Assembly (NCBI GenBank): GCA_022646745.1
Contig: CP060262.1
Span: forward strand, 3,090,001-3,122,000
Origin: Planctomycetales bacterium
Lineage (GTDB): Bacteria; 4484-113; JAFGCY01
DNA: 32,000 nt
Reading direction: 5' to 3'
The notes beneath the pieces are model-generated. The model was not told the DNA's origin and ran no database searches. It worked only from the letters and a program-made list of their open reading frames with translations. The position numbers and the translations under genes are program-made. Shown here in pieces: positions 16,761 to 25,099 of this stretch. Numbering within the stretch: the first letter of the stretch is position 1; each line of letters starts with the position of its first letter.

Positions 16761-17507
16761 CTAGTAACTGATTCCGAAGTAAAGCAGAATGAATGATATT
16801 GAATTGGTCAGCCCATGCGCAATGATGCTGACCCACAGGTTCCGCTTGGACAGGAGATAGGCCGAACCGAGTATCAGTCCGACCAGGCCTGTGCTGATCA
16901 TGCCAGGCAGGTTCTGGTAGGCGTGGATCAGGGCAAACAGGAATGAACTGATGAGCAGGCCGACAATCCAGCCTGTACGTGATTCGTTGAACAGCTTCGA
17001 AATCCTGCCGATCAGGAATCCACGCCAGATCAGTTCCTCCCCGAATCCGGCAGTGGTCCAGGAAACGGCCAGCATCAGGAACAACCTGTTCAGGTCCTGG
17101 TATGCAGTCTGGTGCCTGCTCAGGTCGGGTTCCTGCAGACCGGTCGCGACAAAGATGGCCCCCAGCAGGACTGCCATAAGCTTGATGACTGCCACTACTG
17201 CAATCGCCAGCAGGATGGTGCGGGGCCAGCTGTCCGGTCTTGCCAGTCCCAGTTCAGCCGGCTTGCCACCTTTCAGCAACCATAGGGCGAGGATCACGAG
17301 CATTGCCAGCGGAATGGCAATAAATGCAAGCAGCTCAGGATTAACGCCGGCGGGGAAGGCTATCCCGACGGCTGCCAGAAGTCTTGGCAAAAGGTCTATG
17401 AAATTGGCTGCAAGCACCAAGAGGATGGTGATGCTGATGCCCAGTATGGACTTGTCAAGGAATCTCCCCATGGAGAATCCAGCCCTGTTTGCGCTCAGAC
17501 TGCTCAT
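16761..17507 (-). CDS. CPBP (CAAX protease / bacteriocin-processing, Abi) family intramembrane glutamic metalloprotease
   Basis: All three CPBP motifs are present: EELIWRGFL (EExxxR), FALIHAYQ (FxxxH) and HGLTN (HxxxN). About 7 TM segments. Start set at the ATG 17507 (MSSLSANRAG...) with AGGAG 5 nt upstream. The track's TTG at 17669 lies inside a terminator U-tract. Confidence 0.85.
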   Translation of the reverse strand: MSSLSANRAGFSMGRFLDKSILGISITILLVLAANFIDLLPRLLAAVGIAFPAGVNPELLAFIAIPLAMLVILALWLLKGGKPAELGLARPDSWPRTILLAIAVVAVIKLMAVLLGAIFVATGLQEPDLSRHQTAYQDLNRLFLMLAVSWTTAGFGEELIWRGFLIGRISKLFNESRTGWIVGLLISSFLFALIHAYQNLPGMISTGLVGLILGSAYLLSKRNLWVSIIAHGLTNSISFILLYFGISY

Positions 17508-17656
17508 GTCCACTCCTGTGCCGATCCGGTCTTGCATGTATGGATCAGGCAGCATTCCGGTCCATCTGCTTCTATCTTTCTCCAGGCTTTGGAAGAACTC
17601 GGAATAGTGGGGAGGACGACGCTGGCAGTTTTTCAGTTTCAACGCTTGACTCAACT

Positions 17657-17700
17657 GAGAAAAAAACAAAGCCCCCGTCCCACACGGAGGCTTTTGTCTT
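17657..17700 (-). terminator. Orphan, bidirectional-looking intrinsic terminator between the CPBP gene and yigZ
   Basis: AAAGCCCCCG-tcccaca-CGGAGGCTTT. On the minus strand the single mismatch becomes a G:U pair and is followed by TTGTTTTTTTCTC. On the plus strand it is followed by TTTTGTCTT. No annotated gene ends here on either strand. Confidence 0.55.
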
Positions 17701-17856
17701 GAACTGGTTTTTGATCCCTTACCGGACCATATCCGATACCCTGCAGGACGAGCGCTAAAACCTGCTTATTCAAACATTCCGGGTGAATTCCTGAAGATTG
17801 GAATGAGTCTCCGTTATCGATCCATAAAACGCTGAACCCACTGGGGCTAGAATCAA

Positions 17857-18474
17857 GTGGTGGCTGATTCCAAGGAACGGTATCTGATCCCGGCTGAAAC
17901 GCATCGCGTTGAACAGGAGATCCAGCGCAGCCGCTTCATTGCCACCATCGCCCACTGCTCGACACGTGAGGAAGCGGAATCCTTCCTGCGTGCAATACGA
18001 CAGGAATTCCCGGATGCCACACATAACTGCTGGGCCTTCCAGCTTGGAGCTCCCGGCAGCCAGCAGCATATCGGCATGAGTGATGACGGCGAACCACATG
18101 GCACGGCCGGCCGGCCAATGCTCACCATCCTGACTCACTGCGGCATAGGGGAGATTGCTGCAGTCGTCACGCGCTACTTCGGTGGAACCAAGCTTGGCAC
18201 CGGTGGCTTGGCCAGGGCTTACAGCGGTAGTGTGAAGCTGGCCCTGGAAAGCCTGCCGACAACTGAACGGATCGACTGGTGCCAGCTGGCAGTGACAATC
18301 GACTACCCGATCCTTGACCAGTTCCGCCTGCTGCTGACCCCGCATGAGGCAGTCACGGAATCCGAGCAATTCACTGACAGGGTGCGCTACATCCTGCAAC
18401 TGCCCGCTGAAAATCTGGCGGCCTTCAGGCGTGCAGTTACTGAGCTCACCAGCGGCCGTGCAAGTTTCAAATGA
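17857..18474 (+). CDS. yigZ: IMPACT/YigZ (UPF0029) family protein
   Basis: YLIPAETHRVEQEIQRSRFIATIAH ... HNCWAF ... SDDGEPHGTAGRPML ... VVTRYFGGTKLGTGGLARAY aligns by eye with E. coli YigZ along its length. GTG start. Confidence 0.85.
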   Translation: MVADSKERYLIPAETHRVEQEIQRSRFIATIAHCSTREEAESFLRAIRQEFPDATHNCWAFQLGAPGSQQHIGMSDDGEPHGTAGRPMLTILTHCGIGEIAAVVTRYFGGTKLGTGGLARAYSGSVKLALESLPTTERIDWCQLAVTIDYPILDQFRLLLTPHEAVTESEQFTDRVRYILQLPAENLAAFRRAVTELTSGRASFK

Positions 18475-18564
18475 GAGCACCACCCATTCCGAGAGATGAG
18501 CGGCATTTGTCGTACCTCTTCACAGCCAAGTCGTCTGGTTCACATGAACTCGGATTCATTTACC

Positions 18565-21500
18565 CTACTGTTCAAATGCCGTGAACATTCTCATGTTCTG
18601 ATTGACTTCATTTGAGTACAGGATACAAATTTGTCCATTGCGTTCGGTAATAGCCAACTCACCATTGCCCAAGCTGAACAAGTCAGGGAATATGTAAGGA
18701 TCAACTACTTCAATTTCCCATCCATTCACAGTCTGGGATGCCAGTTTCAGTGCAGCATACCCATTCACAATTGATACTCCACTGATGTAAGCAAGTACTG
18801 CCTCTCCATTCGCACGAACCATCGACGCAGCGCTCCGCTTGTTATGGCAATGTTTATGGGAGTAATTTGTGGGTAATTCCTGGCAAGACTCTACGACTGA
18901 CTGTGTTTCTCCGGAAACGGTAAAGGCGGTTGCCACAATACTAGAATCAGAAACAGTGATCCCACTAGTGGATCGCTCGGAAACGAATACTAGCGGTGAG
19001 TATACTGTATCTACATTGCTGGATCCGTCAAAAAGCACTGCACCCAGCCAGCTATTGTCGTTGTAACTGAACTGCAAAGGTATACTGCTAGTTACGACAC
19101 TTGGGGTACTGTAGTCGATCTCACTGTAATACACTCCCAGCGGATTATTGTATCCGGCGCGCAACCCCAGTGGTGTGACAATAAAGTCCTCGTTGTATGC
19201 ATTGTTGAATGGGAATACGCTAATCTGGTGACTAATCCAAGTCCCGAACTGCAGTTGCTCTCTGAGGATGCTGTCGCTAAGTGAATCGACAACTGAAAAG
19301 ATGTGGCTGTCAGGACCTTCAGTTCTTGTAAACCGCGCATACGAGAAATTTCCCTCTGTATGGCTGGCAGGATCTTCCAATATGGATACGTTCCCGTTAA
19401 CATCAATCGTAGCATGTTGATTATAGGCAAGGATGTTCGGAGAAGTGCTGCCTCTGAAATATGTCAGGTAATACTTGTTATCATACATCCCTAGACTGAG
19501 ATCATTCCAATAGTCTGCCTGAGCATCAATGCTGGAAGCCACGTTGAAAGTAGCAAACTGATTACTGTTCGGAGCGGTCTCGCGGAAAATGTTCAACACA
19601 AGTTCTTCAGGTTCATTGTTGTTGTACTCCCACGACACTCCGGCAAACAATCTTCCTTGCTCATCCACACCAATAGCACCATATTCCATATTACCCCACT
19701 TACTTTCCTGTAACAGCTGAAAATCCCACTCTAATCTATCGATAATCACCCTGGAAGGATGCGTATAAACTGTAGGATGATTGGGTAGTATCAATGCACA
19801 ATAGATATCACAAACCCCGTCAGCACCTGCGTAGTTGTCCACGTCAAATGCAATGTTTAAATCGAAATTTGGTGATTCCTGAATTGAAAATGGGACAGGT
19901 TGAGGTGATGTGATCTGCCAAGTTACTCCGTTGGAATCAGTACAGAATAACTGTAATCTATACAAGTTGGTAATACTTGAAAGTAGTCCTGACGGAAGAT
20001 TTCCCTTTAATTGCACTTCGAAATCATCTGTAAAGACTTCCATTTCGCTTGGATTCGCCGGATTCCAGTCTGGTGATACAAGATCCACCCAAGGTAGAGC
20101 ATTGCTCGCATTAATGATTGGAATAACGGTGTCGCCCGGTCCTGCTGGTGAATATGGCAGCGGTACAGGAAGTCCTAAAGCATGCGCGGGTAGATCATTG
20201 CTGCTGCCCCAGTACTTATATCTTCCTGTTTGCAGGAGATGTGTCCGGATGTCCGTTGCCGTTATTCCGGGTGAATAAGCCTGAATCATAGAAACAAGAG
20301 CTGCAACATGTGGAGTAGCAGCTGAAGTTCCATTGAATCCATCATTCGGATCGAATCCCGTTGATGATTCATACAATGGTAATAACAGTGGGATTAGTTT
20401 CTCGTAACCGCCATACGCTGATACTGTCACGGCTCTGGTAAAGTTTCCATAACCAGGTGGGTTAAATGTATCTTCAACCATATAGTTAGAATATGGTGTC
20501 CTGTCATCTGTCCAATCTACAGCTGCAACTGAAATAATTTGATCAGTGTCTACCGCAAAAGCGGCAGGCCATCTGCCATGCACATGCAAATTATTTGCTG
20601 GATCTTCTTCATATATTACGATAGCTTGATCGGGTTTATGTCCCTCGTTTCCCGTTCCGCAAACAAGAACAAAGGAAGGATCCGTTTGAATTGTTGCGAG
20701 CATTAACTCGAAAGGACTGGTAGGGCCATCGTAATAAGCATCCTGAGCCCAACTCATACTGGCTACATATGCATTCGCCCACTGCCTGATACTAAATGCT
20801 CTGAGAGTTGCTTCACAAAGATGATATCCAAGTTCAGTGTTGTATTCTTGATTAGGATCGAATTCTTGTGATTGAGGAATTGTTGGATATGATTTGAACG
20901 GAAAAACTCGACCATATGGAAGCATGCCACAAGTTCCTTGTGGATCTGAATAATCCTGACCCCTGCCAGAGATTATAGCACAACAGTTTGTGCCATGATA
21001 ATCATGATTTCTACCTGCAAAATCATTAAAGTATTCGTAAGGTGTGCATGACCAACCAGAGGGAAAGTCAGGATCCTGAAGGAAAATTCCATAGGCAATA
21101 TCCCAAAAATCTAGGGTGGAGCTATTTGGAGACTCAACGGGCATCCATACAGAAGGCCATTCCTCATTTTGATTCCAGTTTGGCCAGATAAAAGCTGGAT
21201 CCTCAGAGGTAGGAAGATCAGGGTGAGAACCAGGACCTGGATTATCACCACAAACGCCCGTATCAACTACAAACACCCCCGCTGCTATACCGGTCTTATG
21301 TGGGTATGTTACCGGAAAATTCCCATTTGGCCACATGGGTGGGAACCAACATGAATGTAACTGATGGAAATTCATTTGAAATATTGAATATTCTTCCGTA
21401 TGATCCCAGAATTGTGGTCCGTTATCTTCAACATAAATTCCAGTACCTATTGTTCCAATGTCTACAAGCGGATCAGCACTCCTTGGTTCATACGTAGTCG

Positions 21501-22251
21501 GTGACATTGCTACAACTGGATCAATCATCCAAATGAAATCATTATTTTCAGTGAGAATTTCCTTGGCAAGTGTGGTCTTATCAATAGACCCCGATAAGTT
21601 GAACACTGCCCAATTTGAGGACAAATAGTAAACTTCTCGAACAGGCAGAATGTTGTATTTCTTCGATAGATACCTAGTTATGGCAATGTAACTCTTGTTC
21701 TCAACCATCGAATCTGCAGACTGTGTTAACTCTATGTCAGGATAAGTTGATATCATTTCTAAAGTAATTGGAACGGCATATTCTGGTATAACTTGCTCCT
21801 TGGTACCATCGGAAAATGACATTTCCGGTATTGAATCACGCTGAATTCTTCTGCGATTCTCGTTGATCAGATCAAGAGTAAGGTTCGGATGGTAACTGAC
21901 AATAATTGAGTTTGGCAGTGATTTGTTCTCCTTTGTTAGTAAATCACTGCGGTACTCTTCGTCAATTTTGAATCTAGTATCAATTCGCTGAATTTTTTCC
22001 TCAAGCGTCCTCTCAGAAGGTAAACATCCGGTAACATTGGAAATGTTCGATAAATTGTAAACACTTCTTGGCTCAGTTTCTTTTAAAGACTCTAACAAGT
22101 ATCCTGGAATGCTCAGTTTGGTCTCTCGGTCTATTCCATTGAGAATTTCCAAGTTTGTATTGATATCTAACTCTTCACGCCTTCCGCTGCCACAACCAAG
22201 CAGAAAAAGGACAGCAAGAAGAAGCAAATTAAATGCAGCAAGACTTTTCAT
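18565..22251 (-). CDS. Large (1228 aa) lipoprotein with a central S8 (subtilisin-like) serine peptidase domain; AT-rich, probably horizontally acquired
   Basis: Lipobox LFLLGC at aa 15-20. Catalytic signatures in subtilase order: VFVVDTGV (Asp about aa 330), DYHGTNCCAIISG (His about 419), CGTGNEG (oxyanion Asn about 535) and GTSAATPHVAALVSMI (Ser about 643). About 300 aa N-terminal and about 550 aa C-terminal carry no motif I recognise. Sampled 60-nt lines give 37-52% G+C against 57-68% in the flanks. Confidence 0.85.
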   Translation of the reverse strand: MKSLAAFNLLLLAVLFLLGCGSGRREELDINTNLEILNGIDRETKLSIPGYLLESLKETEPRSVYNLSNISNVTGCLPSERTLEEKIQRIDTRFKIDEEYRSDLLTKENKSLPNSIIVSYHPNLTLDLINENRRRIQRDSIPEMSFSDGTKEQVIPEYAVPITLEMISTYPDIELTQSADSMVENKSYIAITRYLSKKYNILPVREVYYLSSNWAVFNLSGSIDKTTLAKEILTENNDFIWMIDPVVAMSPTTYEPRSADPLVDIGTIGTGIYVEDNGPQFWDHTEEYSIFQMNFHQLHSCWFPPMWPNGNFPVTYPHKTGIAAGVFVVDTGVCGDNPGPGSHPDLPTSEDPAFIWPNWNQNEEWPSVWMPVESPNSSTLDFWDIAYGIFLQDPDFPSGWSCTPYEYFNDFAGRNHDYHGTNCCAIISGRGQDYSDPQGTCGMLPYGRVFPFKSYPTIPQSQEFDPNQEYNTELGYHLCEATLRAFSIRQWANAYVASMSWAQDAYYDGPTSPFELMLATIQTDPSFVLVCGTGNEGHKPDQAIVIYEEDPANNLHVHGRWPAAFAVDTDQIISVAAVDWTDDRTPYSNYMVEDTFNPPGYGNFTRAVTVSAYGGYEKLIPLLLPLYESSTGFDPNDGFNGTSAATPHVAALVSMIQAYSPGITATDIRTHLLQTGRYKYWGSSNDLPAHALGLPVPLPYSPAGPGDTVIPIINASNALPWVDLVSPDWNPANPSEMEVFTDDFEVQLKGNLPSGLLSSITNLYRLQLFCTDSNGVTWQITSPQPVPFSIQESPNFDLNIAFDVDNYAGADGVCDIYCALILPNHPTVYTHPSRVIIDRLEWDFQLLQESKWGNMEYGAIGVDEQGRLFAGVSWEYNNNEPEELVLNIFRETAPNSNQFATFNVASSIDAQADYWNDLSLGMYDNKYYLTYFRGSTSPNILAYNQHATIDVNGNVSILEDPASHTEGNFSYARFTRTEGPDSHIFSVVDSLSDSILREQLQFGTWISHQISVFPFNNAYNEDFIVTPLGLRAGYNNPLGVYYSEIDYSTPSVVTSSIPLQFSYNDNSWLGAVLFDGSSNVDTVYSPLVFVSERSTSGITVSDSSIVATAFTVSGETQSVVESCQELPTNYSHKHCHNKRSAASMVRANGEAVLAYISGVSIVNGYAALKLASQTVNGWEIEVVDPYIFPDLFSLGNGELAITERNGQICILYSNEVNQNMRMFTAFEQ

Positions 22252-22289
22252 TGTATGACCTGTTTAAATGATTATTCACTTCACATGAA

Positions 22290-22319
22290 AATATATCACA
22301 CAGGATAAGTGGTTGTCAA
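22290..22319 (-). promoter_or_regulatory. Near-consensus sigma70-type promoter of the S8 lipoprotein gene
   Basis: Minus strand: TTGACA (22319..22314), 18-nt spacer, TGa-TATATT (extended -10, 22298..22290). An A/T-rich tract (AAAATTATTTTTTTTC) lies upstream in UP-element position. About 38 nt upstream of the ATG. Confidence 0.6.
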
Positions 22320-22524
22320 GAAAAAAATAATTTTCTTTCTACTGAGAGCAAGTCGCATTTGACTATGCGTTGCATATTTGCATACAAAGGGTAAGTATTG
22401 GTTTCTTGGGAATGGTCTAGATATCCTCTAATTTTCGGGTCAGAAGGATGAAATGGATTTGTTTGACGCCAGGTTCACCGTTCCAAAGTTGCCTGAAGCG
22501 ACATAGAATTTTGAGTTAGTTTTA

Positions 22525-24087
22525 TCACAGGCCCTGGATGCTCTCCACAGTACCGGACTGTTCCACCGCTGCACGGCTGTCACCGGGATAACCCGCCGGG
22601 AAACCCTGTGCCCGCTCAAGGTTCGTGTAGGCCTTGCGGATCTCCGCAATCGTATTCAGGTAGAGCAGGGCAGCAGTCACGCTGCTGTCCAGTGCGTCCT
22701 GGTAGTCAATGAATGGCACGACGCCGGCCGCGTAGCCGACTGCGGCACTGAGCAGGCCCTCCTGGCTCAACTCGAGGTTCTTCTCAGCGACACCAATGGA
22801 TTGGTGAGCAGCCACGAGGCGGTTCCACGAAATGGTGACATCGGACTGGACCTGGGTTTCCAGCTCGAGGATGTCCTGGCTGATTGCCGCGAACTCGGTG
22901 TCGATCACATCCTGCTCAGCCCTGCTGCGGCCACCGTCATGCAGTGTCCAGTTAAGGCGCACGCCGATCTGGTAGTTCATCGAGCCGCCGAAGCTGGTCG
23001 GGTCGGTATAGGCCGCGTTGCCATAGGCCTCGATGATCGGCCGGTTCTCCGCCAGGCTGCGCTCCAGGTCCTTGCTGAACAGCGCGGCATACTGCAGCTG
23101 GATCTCCGGACGGGTCTCCAGCGCTGCCACGATATATTCCTCAAGGTCACCGGGGAACATGCCGGGCAGCAGCATGTCCGCCGTTGCCAGGGTCGGGACG
23201 TACTGCGCGTCGTTCACGCCGAGCAGCGCATGGAAGCGGGTCGCTACATTGCCAAGGTTCGCCCGAGCCTGCACCAGCGCCTGCTGGGCACTCTCGACAC
23301 GCGCTTCGGAACGGATCACATCCAGCCGCGGAACGGTGCCGGCATCGTAGCGCGCGCGGGACTGGCGCAGGAACTCCTCGGACAGCTCGACTTCGTTCTT
23401 GCGGATCTTCACTTCACCGAGCGCCAGGTTGAAATCCCAGTAGGAATCGACGACGGACTGCACCAGCTGCTGCTCCGTCATGTCAACGGTCTGCACCTGG
23501 ATTGCATGCCGGGCCTCAGCGCTGTCGACCAGGTCGCGTGTCAGCCCGAAGTCGTAGATGCGCTGCGTGATGCCAAGCGCGAGGTTGCGGATGTTCTTGC
23601 CCTCGGTGGAGGAGTTGCTGTTCTGGTTGGTGTTAGTGCTCTTTGCTGCGTTGTCAAACTGGAAGTAGGTGTTGGCCGACAGGCTGACCTGAGGACGCAG
23701 CGCCGTCCAGTTCACATCCACCCCCTGGCAGGCGGCCTGCGCAGTCAGTCGTGCACTGTTCAAGGCATGGTTGTTGATGATCGCCATTTCGAGCGCCTCG
23801 CCCAGTGTCAGCTCGGGCAGTGGCTGTTCGTACTCGCTGGCCAGGCTGAGCAGGATGTCTCGCGGGTCCGCCGTTGTGCGCAGCTTGTCAAGCAGGCTGG
23901 AGTCCGGGGTCAGCTCATCAAGCAGGCGCTCGAGCTCGTCCATGTCCGGCTGCACTGCCGGGACTTCCTTGGAGACCGTTTCCTCTGCCTGCGACGGCGT
24001 TGCCAGCAGCAGCACAGCACCGGCTGCGGCGAAGATGCGCAAGCCTGCGCTGCACACGATGCGCGGAAGTGGTGTAATCAGTTTCAT
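22525..24087 (-). CDS. TolC-family outer-membrane efflux channel
   Basis: Signal peptide MKLITPLPRIVCSAGLRIFAAAGAVLLLATPSQA after a GAGGAAGG RBS (start 24087, not the track's 24180). Two-fold OEP repeat architecture with long helical segments (LTLGEALEMAIINNHALNSARL ...). Confidence 0.8.
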   Translation of the reverse strand: MKLITPLPRIVCSAGLRIFAAAGAVLLLATPSQAEETVSKEVPAVQPDMDELERLLDELTPDSSLLDKLRTTADPRDILLSLASEYEQPLPELTLGEALEMAIINNHALNSARLTAQAACQGVDVNWTALRPQVSLSANTYFQFDNAAKSTNTNQNSNSSTEGKNIRNLALGITQRIYDFGLTRDLVDSAEARHAIQVQTVDMTEQQLVQSVVDSYWDFNLALGEVKIRKNEVELSEEFLRQSRARYDAGTVPRLDVIRSEARVESAQQALVQARANLGNVATRFHALLGVNDAQYVPTLATADMLLPGMFPGDLEEYIVAALETRPEIQLQYAALFSKDLERSLAENRPIIEAYGNAAYTDPTSFGGSMNYQIGVRLNWTLHDGGRSRAEQDVIDTEFAAISQDILELETQVQSDVTISWNRLVAAHQSIGVAEKNLELSQEGLLSAAVGYAAGVVPFIDYQDALDSSVTAALLYLNTIAEIRKAYTNLERAQGFPAGYPGDSRAAVEQSGTVESIQGL

Positions 24088-24198
24088 GCCTTCCTCTGTA
24101 ACGGGCCCCTTGGGCCAGGGACTGATTATATACCCACGTGCCGGCGGGCTTGGTTCAAGTTGGCAGCGTGATTGTGGCAATTATCCGGAATCGTTCAA

Positions 24199-24228
24199 CA
24201 AAAAAAATGGCCCCGCCGGAGCGGGGCC
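24199..24228 (-). terminator. Rho-independent terminator after rpsD
   Basis: Minus strand: GGCCCCGC-tccg-GCGGGGCC followed by ATTTTTTTTG, 26 nt after the rpsD stop. Confidence 0.85.
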
Positions 24229-24253
24229 TGTGTGTTCTGTGTGAAGCCTTGTC

Positions 24254-24862
24254 CTAGACGTACTTGCTGTAGAACTCGACGATGTAGGACGGGTCGAAAT
24301 TCTGCTCAGCCTCGTCCGGGTTCGGCAGGCGGTCGACCTTGAACTTGAAGCCGTCCTTGCCATCGCGCTGCAGCCAGAAGCCGGGGTTCGGATCAACCAG
24401 CTCCTCCTGCAGGGTCTTGTAGAAGGGCTTGCTGAGCTTGCCGCCCTTGACCTCGATCACATCCCCGACACGCAGCTGGTAGCTCGGACGGTCCAGCGGC
24501 TTGCCGTTCACGGCGATGTGGCGGTGGGTCACCATCTGGCGGGCCTGGCGACGGGTGGTGGCCATGCCGCTGCGGTAGAGGGCGTTGTCGAGGCGGCGCT
24601 CCAGGCTGGTGAGCAGCACATCAGCGGTGTTCTCACCGGTGGCCTTCGCCTTCTTGAAGTAGTTACGGAACTGGCGCTCGTAGATGCCGTACATCATGCG
24701 GCAGACCTGCACTTCGGTGAGGTGAAGGCCATAGTCGGATTTCTTGCGGGCACGACGGCGAATTGGGCCGCGGCGGCTAAGAGGATCCTTGTCCTCGAGC
24801 TTCTGGTCAACCTTGCGGCCAAGGGCACGCGAATACTTACAGCGTGAGCCACGGATATCCAT
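24254..24862 (-). CDS. rpsD: 30S ribosomal protein S4
   Basis: 202 aa. YGLHLTEVQVCRMMYGIYERQFRNYF and S4 RNA-binding domain LERRLDNALYRSGMATTRRQARQMVTHRHIAVNGKPLDRPSYQLRVGDVIEV. Confidence 0.93.
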   Translation of the reverse strand: MDIRGSRCKYSRALGRKVDQKLEDKDPLSRRGPIRRRARKKSDYGLHLTEVQVCRMMYGIYERQFRNYFKKAKATGENTADVLLTSLERRLDNALYRSGMATTRRQARQMVTHRHIAVNGKPLDRPSYQLRVGDVIEVKGGKLSKPFYKTLQEELVDPNPGFWLQRDGKDGFKFKVDRLPNPDEAEQNFDPSYIVEFYSKYV

Positions 24863-25099
24863 GGTTCCACCTCAATCAGACATGCTGGTTCGATGCATAC
24901 ACTAACTGCACTGGGCAGGGGAGCAGTCCCGGCTCCCACGGGGTCCTGCGGCAATCAAGCCATGGACTCACAGTACATCGACCGCGAGGGGGAAGTATAC
25001 CACAACGAGGGTTTAGGAACTGGGTTGTAGGGGGAAGCAGAAGATTTGAGTAAGATGCCTTTATCTGCTACAACCTACAACCAAGATCCTGGTTCCTCA

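Noticed and set aside
17700-17856. Known riboswitch classes (ykkC/guanidine, c-di-GMP, ZTP) in the yigZ-CPBP intergenic region.
   Set aside because: I could not find the conserved cores of any of these by eye. This needs an Infernal scan, so it is reported only as an orphan terminator or possible leader.
22350-22375. Small inverted repeat TATGC-gtt-GCATA and repeated TTGCATA upstream of the S8 promoter as a regulator site.
   Set aside because: The arms are only 5 bp in a very AT-rich region, and similar matches are expected by chance.
22444-22510. 17-codon plus-strand mini-ORF (MDLFDARFTVPKLPEAT) with a GAAGGA site in the tolC-S8 spacer.
   Set aside because: It is very short, has no terminator and no distinctive composition, and lies antisense to the expected tolC 3' UTR.
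15967-22524. A tRNA-Ala-anchored integrative island spanning the peptides, CPBP gene, yigZ and S8 gene.
   Set aside because: Hand G+C counts show that the peptides, the CPBP gene and yigZ have backbone composition; only the S8 gene is deviant. There is no integrase, and I found no direct repeat of the tRNA 3' end. The only shared string near the S8 borders is a 7-mer, GGTTCAC (about 18537 and 22474), which is expected by chance.
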